Below the pieces are notes generated by a model that saw only the letters and a list, made by a program, of their open reading frames with translations, ran no database searches and was not told the DNA's origin. DNA of 64,000 nucleotides from an uncultured Enterobacteriaceae bacterium (GTDB lineage Bacteria; Myxococcota_A; UBA9042), in assembly GCA_964438735.1 (NCBI GenBank), contig CAYTLW010000004.1, forward strand, positions 51,953 through 115,952. Direction: 5' to 3'. This document shows, piece after piece, positions 19,464 through 29,115 of this stretch (the first letter of the stretch is position 1; each line of letters opens with the position of its first letter). A program made the translations under genes and the position numbers.

Positions 19464-20525
19464 ATGCCCACAAGCGCCATGCCCGCCGTCGATCTGCGCA
19501 GCGATACGGTCACCCGGCCGGGCGTCGCCATGCGCGCGGCCATGATGGATGCCGTCGTTGGCGATGATGGTTTCGACGACGATCCCACGCTGCACGCGCT
19601 GCAGCGACGAGTGGCCGGGTTGCTGGGCAAGGAGGCGGCGATCTACGTGCCCTCGGGTACCATGGCCAACCAGCTGGCCATCCGCCTGCAGAGCCAGCCT
19701 GGCGACGAGGTGGTCTGCCATCGACTGGCCCACATCCGCGGCCACGAAGCCGGCGGCCCTGCAGCCCTGTCCGGAGTCACCCTGGCCCTGTACGACGGCG
19801 CGCGCGGCCTGCCCGATGCCAGGCATCTGGCCGGATTGTTGCGAGTTGGTGAAGACGGATTGCAGGCGCCAACCGCGCTGGTCTGCTTCGAGAACACCCA
19901 CAACGCCTGTGGCGGCGTGGTCCTGGCGCCCGATCAGCTGTCCGAATGCCTGGCGCAGGTCCGGGAGCGCGCCATCGCCCTGCACCTGGACGGCGCCAGG
20001 ATCTGCAACGCGGCGATCGCTTCGCAGACCTCTCCGGCGACGCTGGCGGGGCCCTTCGACACGGTCTCGCTGTGCCTGAGCAAGGGCCTTGGCGCCCCCA
20101 TCGGCAGCCTGTTGGCCGGACCGAAAGACCTGATCGCGCGCGCTCGCCGAATGCGCCGCATGTTGGGTGGCATGATGCGGCAGGTGGGCATTCTGGCTGC
20201 GGCTGGGCTGTATGCGCTGGATCACCATGTGGAACGTCTGGCCGACGACCACCGCCGCGCTGCGGCATTGGGTTCTGCGTTGGCGGCGCTGCCCGGCGTC
20301 GTGATCGAGGAGCCGCAGACCAACATCGTCGCCTTTGACCTGGACGACGGGCATCCCGCCCTGGCGCGACATGGCGGTCGGCCGGCCATCGCCCGAGCGC
20401 TGGACGACGCTGGCGTGCGCCTCACGGCCAGGGCCGTGGGTTTCCGGGCCGTGCTGCACCTGGACGTGGATGACGCCGGATTGGAGCGGGCGATCGCGAC
20501 CCTCAGTCGGGTGCTGGCGCCATGA
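19464..20525 (+). CDS. ltaE: Low-specificity L-threonine aldolase
   Basis: MPAVDLRSDTVTRPGVAMRAAMMDAVVGDDGFDDDPTL...YVPSGTMANQLA...CLSKGLGAPIGS (PLP lysine context). ATGA overlap with the next gene. Confidence 0.85.
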   Translation: MPTSAMPAVDLRSDTVTRPGVAMRAAMMDAVVGDDGFDDDPTLHALQRRVAGLLGKEAAIYVPSGTMANQLAIRLQSQPGDEVVCHRLAHIRGHEAGGPAALSGVTLALYDGARGLPDARHLAGLLRVGEDGLQAPTALVCFENTHNACGGVVLAPDQLSECLAQVRERAIALHLDGARICNAAIASQTSPATLAGPFDTVSLCLSKGLGAPIGSLLAGPKDLIARARRMRRMLGGMMRQVGILAAAGLYALDHHVERLADDHRRAAALGSALAALPGVVIEEPQTNIVAFDLDDGHPALARHGGRPAIARALDDAGVRLTARAVGFRAVLHLDVDDAGLERAIATLSRVLAP

Positions 20526-23152
20526 AGCCTCGCAAGCGCCGACCCGATGTCTCCCTCACCCTGCGCCTGAACGGGGCCCCTGTGGCCTGGACCGGCGATC
20601 CGGACGGATTGCTGCTGGACTGGCTGCGCGACGACCTGGGCATCACTTCGGTCAAGCGTGGTTGCTCGCCCCAGGCGGGTTGCGGCAGCTGTACCGTCAG
20701 CGTAGACGGCGAGCCGCAGCTGGCCTGTTCCTTCAAGATGCGCCGCGCCGCCGGCCGTCATGTGCGTACCCTGGAGGGGCTCGATCCGACCATCACCACG
20801 GCGGTGGCCGAAGCCATCGCCGGTCGCGCTGGCACCCAGTGCGGCTACTGTGCGCCCGGCATCACCATGAGCGCGGCCCTGCTCCTGGCCCGCGAGCCGG
20901 CGCCGGAGCGTACGCGCATCGCCGCGGCCATGGACAAGCACATCTGCCGCTGCACCGGCTGGGTCAAGGTGCTGGATGCGGTACAGACCGCCAGCGGCCT
21001 GTTGCAGGGCGCCACGCTGCCCACCCCGGGCGGCGGGGTCGGCGCAGGACGGGCCAAGCTGGACGCGCGCCACCTGGCTCTTGGACAGCGGGACTTCGCC
21101 GGCGACCTGGCCGAACCCGACATGCTGCACGGCGCCCTGGTGCTGAGTCATCACGCCAGGGCGGTGGTACGTCGGATCGACACCGGCGCGGCGCTGGCCC
21201 TGCCCGGGGTGGAGCGCGTGCTGCTGGCGACCGATGTGCCGGGCGATCGACGGGTTGGCCTGAAGTCACGTGACTGGCCGGTGCTGGTGGCGGCGGGCGA
21301 GACCACCCGCTATGTGGGCGACTGCCTGGCGGTGGTCCTGGCCAGCGATCGACGGGTGGCGCGCCAGGGCGCGGCTCTGGTCGCCGTGGACTACGAGGTT
21401 CAGCCGGCGATCGTCGATCCGGACGCTGCGCTCGCCGCTGACGCGCCGGCCCTGCATCCAGGCGGCAACCTGCTCTCGCACACGGTCATTCAACGGGGCG
21501 ATGTGGACGCGGCGCTGGCTGATGCGGCGTTCGTGGTCGAGCAGCGCTACGTCACCCAGCGCGTGGAGCACGCCTTCCTGGAACCGGAGGCTTGCCTGGC
21601 GGTGCCGCAGGAGGACGGCGCGCTCGAGGTCTTCTCCCAGGGACAGGGCATCTACGAAGATCGGCGCCAGCTGGCCCGCTTGTTGGACTGGCCCGAGGAC
21701 AGGGTGCGGGTCCGCCTGGTGGCCGCTGGCGGCGCATTTGGCGGCAAGGAGGACCTGAGCGTGCAGGGCCAGGCCTGCCTGGCCGCCGTGGCGACGGGCC
21801 GGCCGGTGCGCGTGGAGTTGTCCCGCGACGAGTCGATCCGCCTGCATCCCAAGCGACATCCCATGGTCATGGATTGGCGTCTGGGCTGCGACGCCGACGG
21901 GCGCCTCACCGGGCTCAGTGCGCGCATCGTCGGCGATGGCGGTGCCTACGCTTCGGTGAGCGCCGAGGTGTTGGCTCGTGCGGCCTCCCATGCCACCGGC
22001 GGTTACGACGTGCCGGCGGTGGACATCGAGGCCTTGGCGGTGTTCACCAACAACCCGCCCAGCGGCGCGTTTCGCGGTTTCGGCGTCAACCAGGTGCATT
22101 TCGCCATGGAGTGCGCGGTCGACGAGCTCTGCGAGTTGGGCGGCTTCGACCGCTGGCAGATGCGCTGGGATAACGCCCTGCGAGCGGGTTCGCGAACCGC
22201 AGCGGGTCAGGTGCTGACCGGTCCAGTGGGCTTGCGGGATTGCCTGGAGGCGGTGCGACCAGCCTTCGAGGCGGCGCCCAGAGCGGGCCTGGCGCTGGGT
22301 ATGAAGAACGTCGGTATCGGTGGCATGACCGCCGACGTCGGACAGGCCCGGGTCGTCGTCCTGCCCGGAGGCCGCCTGCAGATCCAGCATGGCTTCAGCG
22401 AGATGGGCCAGGGCGTGCAGACCATCGCCACGCAGTTGTTGTGTGAGGGACTGGCCGGCTGCGACGGCCTCGACCCGGCGACCATCGACGTCGTGGTCGA
22501 CACCGCCAGCGACCTGGCCGTAGGCATGACCACGGCCTCGCGGGCCACCTCCCTGCTGGGCGGCGCGATCCTCGACGCCGCCGCGGCGTTGCGGTCGGAG
22601 CTGGATGATCGCGGTCTCGCCGGTCTCGCAGGCCGCTCCTACACCGGCCGATGGCGGCCCGCCGAAGGCAAGCTCGAGCCCGGCGCGGAGCATCACCACT
22701 ACAGCTATGGCTGGGCGGCGCAGCTGGCCATCATCGGCGACGACGGGCGGGTCGAACGCGTCGTCGCCGCCCACGACGCCGGCCGGGTCATCAACCCGAT
22801 GCTCTTCGAGGCCCAGATCGAAGGCGCGGTACACATGGGCCTGGGCTACGCGTTGACCGAGGCGCTGCCCTGCGATGACGACGGCTGGCCATGGAGCACC
22901 CGAATCCGGGATTGCGGCGTGTTGAGCGCCGCCGACGTGCCGGAGATCACCGTGGTCGCCGTCGAAAACCCCGATCCCAACGGCCCGCTGGGCGCCCGCG
23001 GCATCGGCGAGATCGGCCTGGTGCCGACCGCACCAGCTGTAGCCAACGCCCTCTGGGCTGCCGACGGCAACCGACGTCGACAGTTGCCCATGGGCACATT
23101 CAAGCGGCGGATTCGCAAGCGACCCGTAGTACCCGTGGCCCCATCGGATTAG
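20522..23152 (+). CDS. Molybdopterin aldehyde oxidoreductase / xanthine dehydrogenase family (N-terminal [2Fe-2S] x2 fused to Mo-binding subunit, no FAD domain)
   Basis: Both ferredoxin Cys clusters are present (CSPQAGCGSC...C and QCGYCAPG...CRCTGW). The a/b hammerhead and MoCo-binding domains follow. The architecture resembles Desulfovibrio MOP-type enzymes. Confidence 0.8.
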   Translation: MKPRKRRPDVSLTLRLNGAPVAWTGDPDGLLLDWLRDDLGITSVKRGCSPQAGCGSCTVSVDGEPQLACSFKMRRAAGRHVRTLEGLDPTITTAVAEAIAGRAGTQCGYCAPGITMSAALLLAREPAPERTRIAAAMDKHICRCTGWVKVLDAVQTASGLLQGATLPTPGGGVGAGRAKLDARHLALGQRDFAGDLAEPDMLHGALVLSHHARAVVRRIDTGAALALPGVERVLLATDVPGDRRVGLKSRDWPVLVAAGETTRYVGDCLAVVLASDRRVARQGAALVAVDYEVQPAIVDPDAALAADAPALHPGGNLLSHTVIQRGDVDAALADAAFVVEQRYVTQRVEHAFLEPEACLAVPQEDGALEVFSQGQGIYEDRRQLARLLDWPEDRVRVRLVAAGGAFGGKEDLSVQGQACLAAVATGRPVRVELSRDESIRLHPKRHPMVMDWRLGCDADGRLTGLSARIVGDGGAYASVSAEVLARAASHATGGYDVPAVDIEALAVFTNNPPSGAFRGFGVNQVHFAMECAVDELCELGGFDRWQMRWDNALRAGSRTAAGQVLTGPVGLRDCLEAVRPAFEAAPRAGLALGMKNVGIGGMTADVGQARVVVLPGGRLQIQHGFSEMGQGVQTIATQLLCEGLAGCDGLDPATIDVVVDTASDLAVGMTTASRATSLLGGAILDAAAALRSELDDRGLAGLAGRSYTGRWRPAEGKLEPGAEHHHYSYGWAAQLAIIGDDGRVERVVAAHDAGRVINPMLFEAQIEGAVHMGLGYALTEALPCDDDGWPWSTRIRDCGVLSAADVPEITVVAVENPDPNGPLGARGIGEIGLVPTAPAVANALWAADGNRRRQLPMGTFKRRIRKRPVVPVAPSD

Positions 23153-23181
23153 TCTGCCGGGGCTGAATTCAGGGGGCACTC

Positions 23182-24906
23182 ATGGTCACCAGCGGCGAAC
23201 GACTCATCGAGACCATCCGCGGCGCCATCATCGGCGACGACCAGGTGCTGGAGGGCCCCTATGGTCCGCGTCGGGTCACCTACGCCGACTACACCGCCTC
23301 GGGCCGGTCGCTCACCTTCATCGAGGACTTCATCCGTCACGAGGTGATGCCGCTCTACGCCAACACCCACACAGAGACTTCGGGCACCGGTCGGCAGACG
23401 ACGCGATTTCGCGAGGACGCGCGCCGGATCATCCTCAAGGCCGTCGGCGGTGGCGAAGATGATGTGCTCATCTTCTGTGGTTCCGGCGCCACCGGCGCGA
23501 TCCACCACATGCTGGAGGTGCTCAATCTGCGCATCCCCTCCGACCTGGACGCTCGCCACGGCTTCAGCGCCCAGATTCCAGCCGAACAGCGGCCCGTGGT
23601 CTTCATCGGCCCCTACGAGCATCACAGCAACGAGATCCCATGGCGGGAGTCCATCTGCGACGTGGTGGTCATCGACGAAGACGCCGATGGACGCATCGAC
23701 CTGCAGCAACTCGAGGCCGGCTTGCTGGCCCACGCCGACCGACCGCTGCGCATCGGCAGCTTCTCCGCGGCCTCGAACGTCACCGGTATCGGCTCGGATA
23801 CCCGCGCCACGGCCGCGCTCCTGCACAAACATGGGGCGCTGTCGTTCTGGGACTTTGCCGCCGCCGGGCCCTACGTGCAGATGGAAATGAACATGGCCGA
23901 CGACGAGCCCGACGGCCACCTCGTCTACAAGGACGCCATCTTCCTGTCGCCCCATAAGTTCATCGGCGGCCCGGGCACGCCGGGCGTGCTCGTGGCCAAG
24001 AAGAACCTGTTCAAGAACTCGGTGCCCGCGGTGCCCGGCGGCGGCACCGTGGCCTACGTCAACTACCTGGAGCATCGCTACCTGGACGACATCGCCCAGC
24101 GCGAAGAGGGCGGCACGCCGGACATCATCGGCGCCATCCGCGCCGGGCTGGTCTTCCAGCTCAAAGAAGCGGTAGGCGCACCGCAGATCCGCGAGCTTGA
24201 GCACGACCTCGTGCAACGCGCAGTGGCCGCCTGGCACGACAACCCGGCCCTGCACATCCTGGGCAATCACGAACGCTGGCGGCTGTCGATCGTCAGCTTC
24301 GTGGTGCGTCACAGAGACCGCTTCTTGCATCACGGCTTCGTGGTCGCCCTGCTCAACGACCTGTTCGGCATCCAGGCACGTGGCGGCTGTTCCTGCGCCG
24401 GGCCCTATGGTCACCGGCTGCTGGGTATCGACCTGAAGCGCAGCCAGGCCTTCGAGCGCGAGATCCTGCGCGGTTGCGAAGGTGTCAAGCCGGGCTGGGT
24501 GCGGGTCAACTTCAACTATTTCATCTCCGAGCAGGTCTTCGACTTCGTGGTGCAGGCCGTGAACATGGTCGCCGAACACGGCTGGAGACTGCTGCCCGAC
24601 TACGTCTTCGAGCCCGAATCCGGCCGCTGGCGCCACCGCGACGCCCCCGAATCCGCAGCCATGGGCCTGGACGACGTGACCTACCGCAGCGGCCGCCTGG
24701 AGTATCGCTCCCGACACGCCAGCGAACCCGAATGGGCCCTGCCGGGCTACCTGGAGCAGGCCCGAAAGGTCCTCGACGGCGCGGAGCAACGCCACCGCGG
24801 CCAGATCATCGCCGACCCACCCCTGAACCCCGACTTCGAACAACTACGGTGGTTCACCCTGCCCGGCGAGGCCTGGCCCGATGAGGGGTCAGGTATTGAC
24901 ACCTGA
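23182..24906 (+). CDS. Aminotransferase class-V fold PLP enzyme (NifS/cysteine-desulfurase-like, possible MoCo sulfurase partner)
   Basis: PLP-lysine motif FLSPHKFIGGPGTPG (SxHKxxGPxG). It is 574 aa long and lies immediately downstream of the Mo-enzyme. Confidence 0.65.
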   Translation: MVTSGERLIETIRGAIIGDDQVLEGPYGPRRVTYADYTASGRSLTFIEDFIRHEVMPLYANTHTETSGTGRQTTRFREDARRIILKAVGGGEDDVLIFCGSGATGAIHHMLEVLNLRIPSDLDARHGFSAQIPAEQRPVVFIGPYEHHSNEIPWRESICDVVVIDEDADGRIDLQQLEAGLLAHADRPLRIGSFSAASNVTGIGSDTRATAALLHKHGALSFWDFAAAGPYVQMEMNMADDEPDGHLVYKDAIFLSPHKFIGGPGTPGVLVAKKNLFKNSVPAVPGGGTVAYVNYLEHRYLDDIAQREEGGTPDIIGAIRAGLVFQLKEAVGAPQIRELEHDLVQRAVAAWHDNPALHILGNHERWRLSIVSFVVRHRDRFLHHGFVVALLNDLFGIQARGGCSCAGPYGHRLLGIDLKRSQAFEREILRGCEGVKPGWVRVNFNYFISEQVFDFVVQAVNMVAEHGWRLLPDYVFEPESGRWRHRDAPESAAMGLDDVTYRSGRLEYRSRHASEPEWALPGYLEQARKVLDGAEQRHRGQIIADPPLNPDFEQLRWFTLPGEAWPDEGSGIDT

Positions 24907-24962
24907 CATCTTTCGACATTGTTCAACGGGTGAGGACAATGGTGCGCGACAAGAACTGTCGC

Positions 24963-26177
24963 CTATTTGAGCCGCTCCATGTGCAGCACGGTGTCGGTGT
25001 CCACGGTCATGGTGCCCATGCCGCCAGAAGGCATCTTCTGAGCCGTCTGCAGGCGCCCCTTGATCAGCTTCAAGAAGCCGGCGCGCACGTTGTGCGTCAG
25101 GGTGAAGTCGCCGGTCATCTTCAAGGTCGGCATCTGGCCATCGCCGCCAGGCTGGCCACGCTTGGCGCCTGCTTTGGCCGGTGCTCCGGCGCCGCCCATG
25201 CCTGGAAGTCCCGCCATGCCGGGAACGCCGCCCATGCCGCCCATGCCACCCATGCCACCCATACCGCCCATGCCGCCCATACCGCCCATACCGCCCATGC
25301 CGCCTGCTGCACCTGCGCCGGGCGCAGCCGGTGTTTGGACTTTGGCTGAGGACTTGCCGGATCGGGCTTCGACCTTCGCGCCGGGCTTCGACAGGCCGCT
25401 GCCATCACCGGGAGTACGGATTTGCACGTCGAGCAGGGCGACGTTCTTGTCGACGCGGCGTGCGGTGGTGTTGAACTGCCAGTCCGCCACCCGCGCCTTG
25501 ACCACGTCGCCGCGCTTCACATTGCCATCGGGCAGGCGCAACATCTCCATGAACTGCTGCGGCACCAGGTCCACCTTGCGCGACCCGGCGCGCACGGTCA
25601 CGGTCTTTTTCGGTCGCTTGACCTGGGTGACCTTGATGCCCGCGCTGAGCTTGCCGCTCTTGCGATCGAAGCGGGCCCAGACGTTGACCTTCTCGCCGCC
25701 CGCGGTGGCGCTGGCGCTGGCGCCATCGGGTCCGACCCTGGCCGAGACGAGTTGGGTGTCGCCCTGGTCGTGTACCAGCAGGTAGATGATCTCCTGGAAC
25801 TGGAATCGCCCTTTGCGGTCGATGGACACCGGGTTGCTCAGGGCGTTCTTCGGCAGGCCGCCAAGACCGGCAACCAGCTTGCCGCGGTCGTCTTTGACCT
25901 CGAACTTCTCGATGATCAGCGCCGCGTTGGCGGTGCCCGCGCGATCCACTTTGTCGATGCGAAGCAGATAGGTGGCGTCCATGTGCATCTTCATGGCGAT
26001 CTTCATGCCCATGGCGTCGATCTTCACCGTCTGCGCCGAGCGGGCGCGATAGCGATGTTCGGCGCCGCGTTTCCACTTCCAGATCAGGTCCGCGCCGAGC
26101 GCAGAGGTGGCGAAGAGCAGGCAGAGCGTCAGCGCGACGAGGCTTGCGAGCAGACGGGCGTTCGGCGTCTTTTTCAT
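24963..26177 (-). CDS. Secreted hypothetical protein with (GGM)8 repeat
   Basis: Signal MKKTPNARLLASLVALTLCLLFATSALGA. Strong SD GGAGGAG upstream. GGMGGMGGMGGMGGMGGMGGMGG is encoded by a 9-bp tandem repeat at about 25211..25300. Confidence 0.65.
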   Translation of the reverse strand: MKKTPNARLLASLVALTLCLLFATSALGADLIWKWKRGAEHRYRARSAQTVKIDAMGMKIAMKMHMDATYLLRIDKVDRAGTANAALIIEKFEVKDDRGKLVAGLGGLPKNALSNPVSIDRKGRFQFQEIIYLLVHDQGDTQLVSARVGPDGASASATAGGEKVNVWARFDRKSGKLSAGIKVTQVKRPKKTVTVRAGSRKVDLVPQQFMEMLRLPDGNVKRGDVVKARVADWQFNTTARRVDKNVALLDVQIRTPGDGSGLSKPGAKVEARSGKSSAKVQTPAAPGAGAAGGMGGMGGMGGMGGMGGMGGMGGMGGVPGMAGLPGMGGAGAPAKAGAKRGQPGGDGQMPTLKMTGDFTLTHNVRAGFLKLIKGRLQTAQKMPSGGMGTMTVDTDTVLHMERLK

Positions 26178-26211
26178 GGGTCTCCTCCGCGGCTGCGAGG
26201 AGCCGCGCAGG

Positions 26212-28875
26212 CTACTTATACAACGCCCCGCCGGAATTCACCCGGGCGATGAACAGCCGAAAGCCGCCCGGGTTCGCGAGGCCGCCAAACGACTTGTTCG
26301 TATAGCCGCCAAACAGGATGTCACCGTTGAAGGTCATCTTGACCACGGCGCCGGCCGCGTTGCCGCCCATGGCCTGCCACTGCTTGTGCCAGAGCATCTG
26401 GCCGGACTTCTTGAACCAGGCCAGCTGCACGCCGTTGCTGCCGAAATTGCCGACGACGACCATGTTGCCTTCGGCGTCCATGTCCATGCCGTATCCGAAG
26501 TCGTCGGCCTTGGTGCCGAACTGCACCGAGCCAGGCAGCTCCTTGCCGGTCTTGTCCAGGTGCATCAAGTACATATCGCGGCCGCCCTTGCTGGGCTGGG
26601 GCTGCCAGAGCTTGCCCTTGGTCGAACCCAGCAGCCACAGCGTGCCGTCGGGATGTACGCGCAACTTGCGGCCCCAGTCGTCGGCGTTGGTGCCCATCTG
26701 CTTGAGCCAGAGCTGCTTGCCGGCGCCGTCGAAGGCGGTCACGAAGAGGTCAGAGCCGCCCTTATGCTTCTGACCGGCCAGGGGGTACTTGGCGCTACCG
26801 GTGGCGTACACGGCCTGGGATTTGTCCACCGCGATGCCTGTGACGCTGAGGCTGCCGGTGCTGTTGCCGAAGGTGGAGCGCCACTTCTTGGCGCCGGATT
26901 TGTCGTACCGGGCCACGTAGCCGACGTAGTGTTTTGAGGTCTTGAGGCCGTAACCGCCGGTGTAGACGTCGGTGCCGCCAGACGCTGTGGCGACGGACCA
27001 GGTCGACGCCCACGTGGTGGTCTTGTAGCTGTCGAACCAGACCTGCGTGGCGAACAACTGCTTGCCGTTGAGATCGAGCTTCTGGGTGTAGCCCGTCTGG
27101 GAGTTGCTGCCCGACTGCGGCTTGCCCTGTCCGGCCAGATAGACGTGCGAGCCCAGCACGCTCATGGTGCGCGGGATGTAGGAGTTGCCTGTGTAGTAGG
27201 CCTTGCTCAAGACGCTCTTGACGCCGTCGGGCTCGTAGCTCAGCAGCCGGGCCGGGTATTTGCTGGTCTGCAGGTCGCTCACGGCGACATAGACGTGGCC
27301 GTTTGGCGCCACACCCAAACCGGCTATGACCTTCTTGTTCAGCGACGTGTGTGCTTGGAAGTAGCGGGCGCCCTTCCAGCCGCAGCCATGGACCGCCTTG
27401 CTGGTGCACTTGCCGGTCTTGGCGTCGCAGCTGTCGGTGCTGCAGGGATTGTTGTCGTCGCAGGCCTTCATGGTGCCCTTGCAGGCGCCCTTGTCGCACT
27501 TGTCGGCGCTGGTGCACATGCTGCCGTCGTCGCAGCCGGGCGTGCCGGCGACCGGACTGGTCGTGCAGCCCTTGGCTTTATCGCAACTGTCGGTCGTGCA
27601 GGAATTGCCATCGTCGCAGACCTTGGTTTTGCCGCCGCCGCACTTGCCGGCCGTACAGGCCTTGTCGGTCATGCACATGTCGCCGTCTGCGCACGCCTTG
27701 CCGGCGGCGTTCTTGTGCACGCAGCCGGTCTTGGCGTCGCAGCTGTCGTCGGTGCAGTCGTTCTTGTCATCGCAGGTCTTGGGTTTGCCACTGCCGCATT
27801 GGCCGGTGGCGGGCACGCAGGCGGCCTCTGTGCAGGCATCGCCGCACTGCTTGGTGGTGCCGGCTGTGCACTTGCCGCCGGCGCAGACGTCGCCAGTGGT
27901 GCACTTATTGCCGTCCTCGCAGGCGGCGGTATTGGGCGTGTAGACGCAGCCCTTGGCCTTGTCGCAGGTGGCGTCCTTGCATCCCTTGGAGATGCAGGTC
28001 ATGGGGCTGCCAGATGTGCATTTGCCGGCTTTGCACACCTCGCCGACCGTGCAGGCACTGCCATCATCGCAGATCGGGCCAGCGCTGGTGGTGGGGTTGT
28101 CGATGATGCCATCGCAGTCGTTGTCGATGCCGTCGCAGATCTCCTTGCCGTCGCCTTCTGGCTTGCAGTCGGTCCACTTGCAACCGGGCTGATTGGCGCA
28201 GGCTCCGGCGTCCTTGCTGTCGGTGCACTGCGGGCCCTTGTCGCCGATCTGGCCGACACATGTGCCGGCCGTCCACAAGCAAACGGGCGCCTTGACGCTG
28301 GCGCACTGGGCGGCTGAATTCTTGGTGTAACAGGAGTTGACGAACAAGCACTTGGTACCAGCCCATTTGCAGCCCATGTAGTTGGCGATGTCGCAGTTCT
28401 TCTTGGTGTTGAGCTTGGGGCATTGCTTCTGGGCGGTGGGGTCCTTGGGCACGCATACGAAGCCTGCCAGCTTGCAGCCAACGGTGACCTGGCAGGTAGC
28501 GTGTTGGGCCTTGTCTTTGTAGATGCTGCACGACACGGAGCCCTGGCAGGAGAACTCCTTTGGCTGCGGGCCGGCATCGACGGGGCCGCTGTCGCTGGAC
28601 CCAGCGTCCCCGCCGCTCGAGTCGACAGCGCCGCCCGAATCGACGGCGCCGCCAACGTCAGCGGTCCCGCCGGCATCCACTGGACTGGTGCTGGTGTCGG
28701 CCTGGCCACCGCTATCAGGGGGGGTCGCGCCGTCGCTCGTCGCACCGTCTGCAGACGTCGTGTCGACGGTTCCGCCAGGAGAGGGCGGGTTGTCACTGCC
28801 ACAGGCACCGAGGGCCAGGGCGAGGGCGGCGAGCATGGCGCAAGGGCGCACGCCCCAGGAAGCTTGCGGGGTCAT
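26212..28875 (-). CDS. Secreted protein: Ser/Thr/Gly-rich linker, Myxococcus-type Cys-rich repeats, C-terminal SBBP beta-propeller repeats
   Basis: Signal MTPQASWGVRPCAMLAALALALGAC. It has about 10 CxDxxxCTxDxC modules (CDDKNDCTDDSCDAKTGC, CDDGNSCTTDSC...). The C-terminus has SBBP-like propeller segments (DVYTGGYG, SDLFVTAFDGAGKQLWLKQMG). Confidence 0.7.
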   Translation of the reverse strand: MTPQASWGVRPCAMLAALALALGACGSDNPPSPGGTVDTTSADGATSDGATPPDSGGQADTSTSPVDAGGTADVGGAVDSGGAVDSSGGDAGSSDSGPVDAGPQPKEFSCQGSVSCSIYKDKAQHATCQVTVGCKLAGFVCVPKDPTAQKQCPKLNTKKNCDIANYMGCKWAGTKCLFVNSCYTKNSAAQCASVKAPVCLWTAGTCVGQIGDKGPQCTDSKDAGACANQPGCKWTDCKPEGDGKEICDGIDNDCDGIIDNPTTSAGPICDDGSACTVGEVCKAGKCTSGSPMTCISKGCKDATCDKAKGCVYTPNTAACEDGNKCTTGDVCAGGKCTAGTTKQCGDACTEAACVPATGQCGSGKPKTCDDKNDCTDDSCDAKTGCVHKNAAGKACADGDMCMTDKACTAGKCGGGKTKVCDDGNSCTTDSCDKAKGCTTSPVAGTPGCDDGSMCTSADKCDKGACKGTMKACDDNNPCSTDSCDAKTGKCTSKAVHGCGWKGARYFQAHTSLNKKVIAGLGVAPNGHVYVAVSDLQTSKYPARLLSYEPDGVKSVLSKAYYTGNSYIPRTMSVLGSHVYLAGQGKPQSGSNSQTGYTQKLDLNGKQLFATQVWFDSYKTTTWASTWSVATASGGTDVYTGGYGLKTSKHYVGYVARYDKSGAKKWRSTFGNSTGSLSVTGIAVDKSQAVYATGSAKYPLAGQKHKGGSDLFVTAFDGAGKQLWLKQMGTNADDWGRKLRVHPDGTLWLLGSTKGKLWQPQPSKGGRDMYLMHLDKTGKELPGSVQFGTKADDFGYGMDMDAEGNMVVVGNFGSNGVQLAWFKKSGQMLWHKQWQAMGGNAAGAVVKMTFNGDILFGGYTNKSFGGLANPGGFRLFIARVNSGGALYK

Positions 28876-29115
28876 GGGTACTCCAGGAGGGCAAGGAACA
28901 GAATCTGGGCGACTCAGTGTCAGTTGTGGCGGGTCGGGTCAACCTGCCCATATGCCGGCGTGTGGGCCAGGGTGCTCGCTCCAACCCCCGCGCTTCACAT
29001 TGGATGCGCCGTCAGGGCATCGCCGACAAGCGCATGTCGAGCGATCGGTGCGCGCCTGCAAGCCGTTCGGTGTCAAGCGCGAGGGGCACGCGCCGAGGTC
29101 GCTGGGTATCGATGC

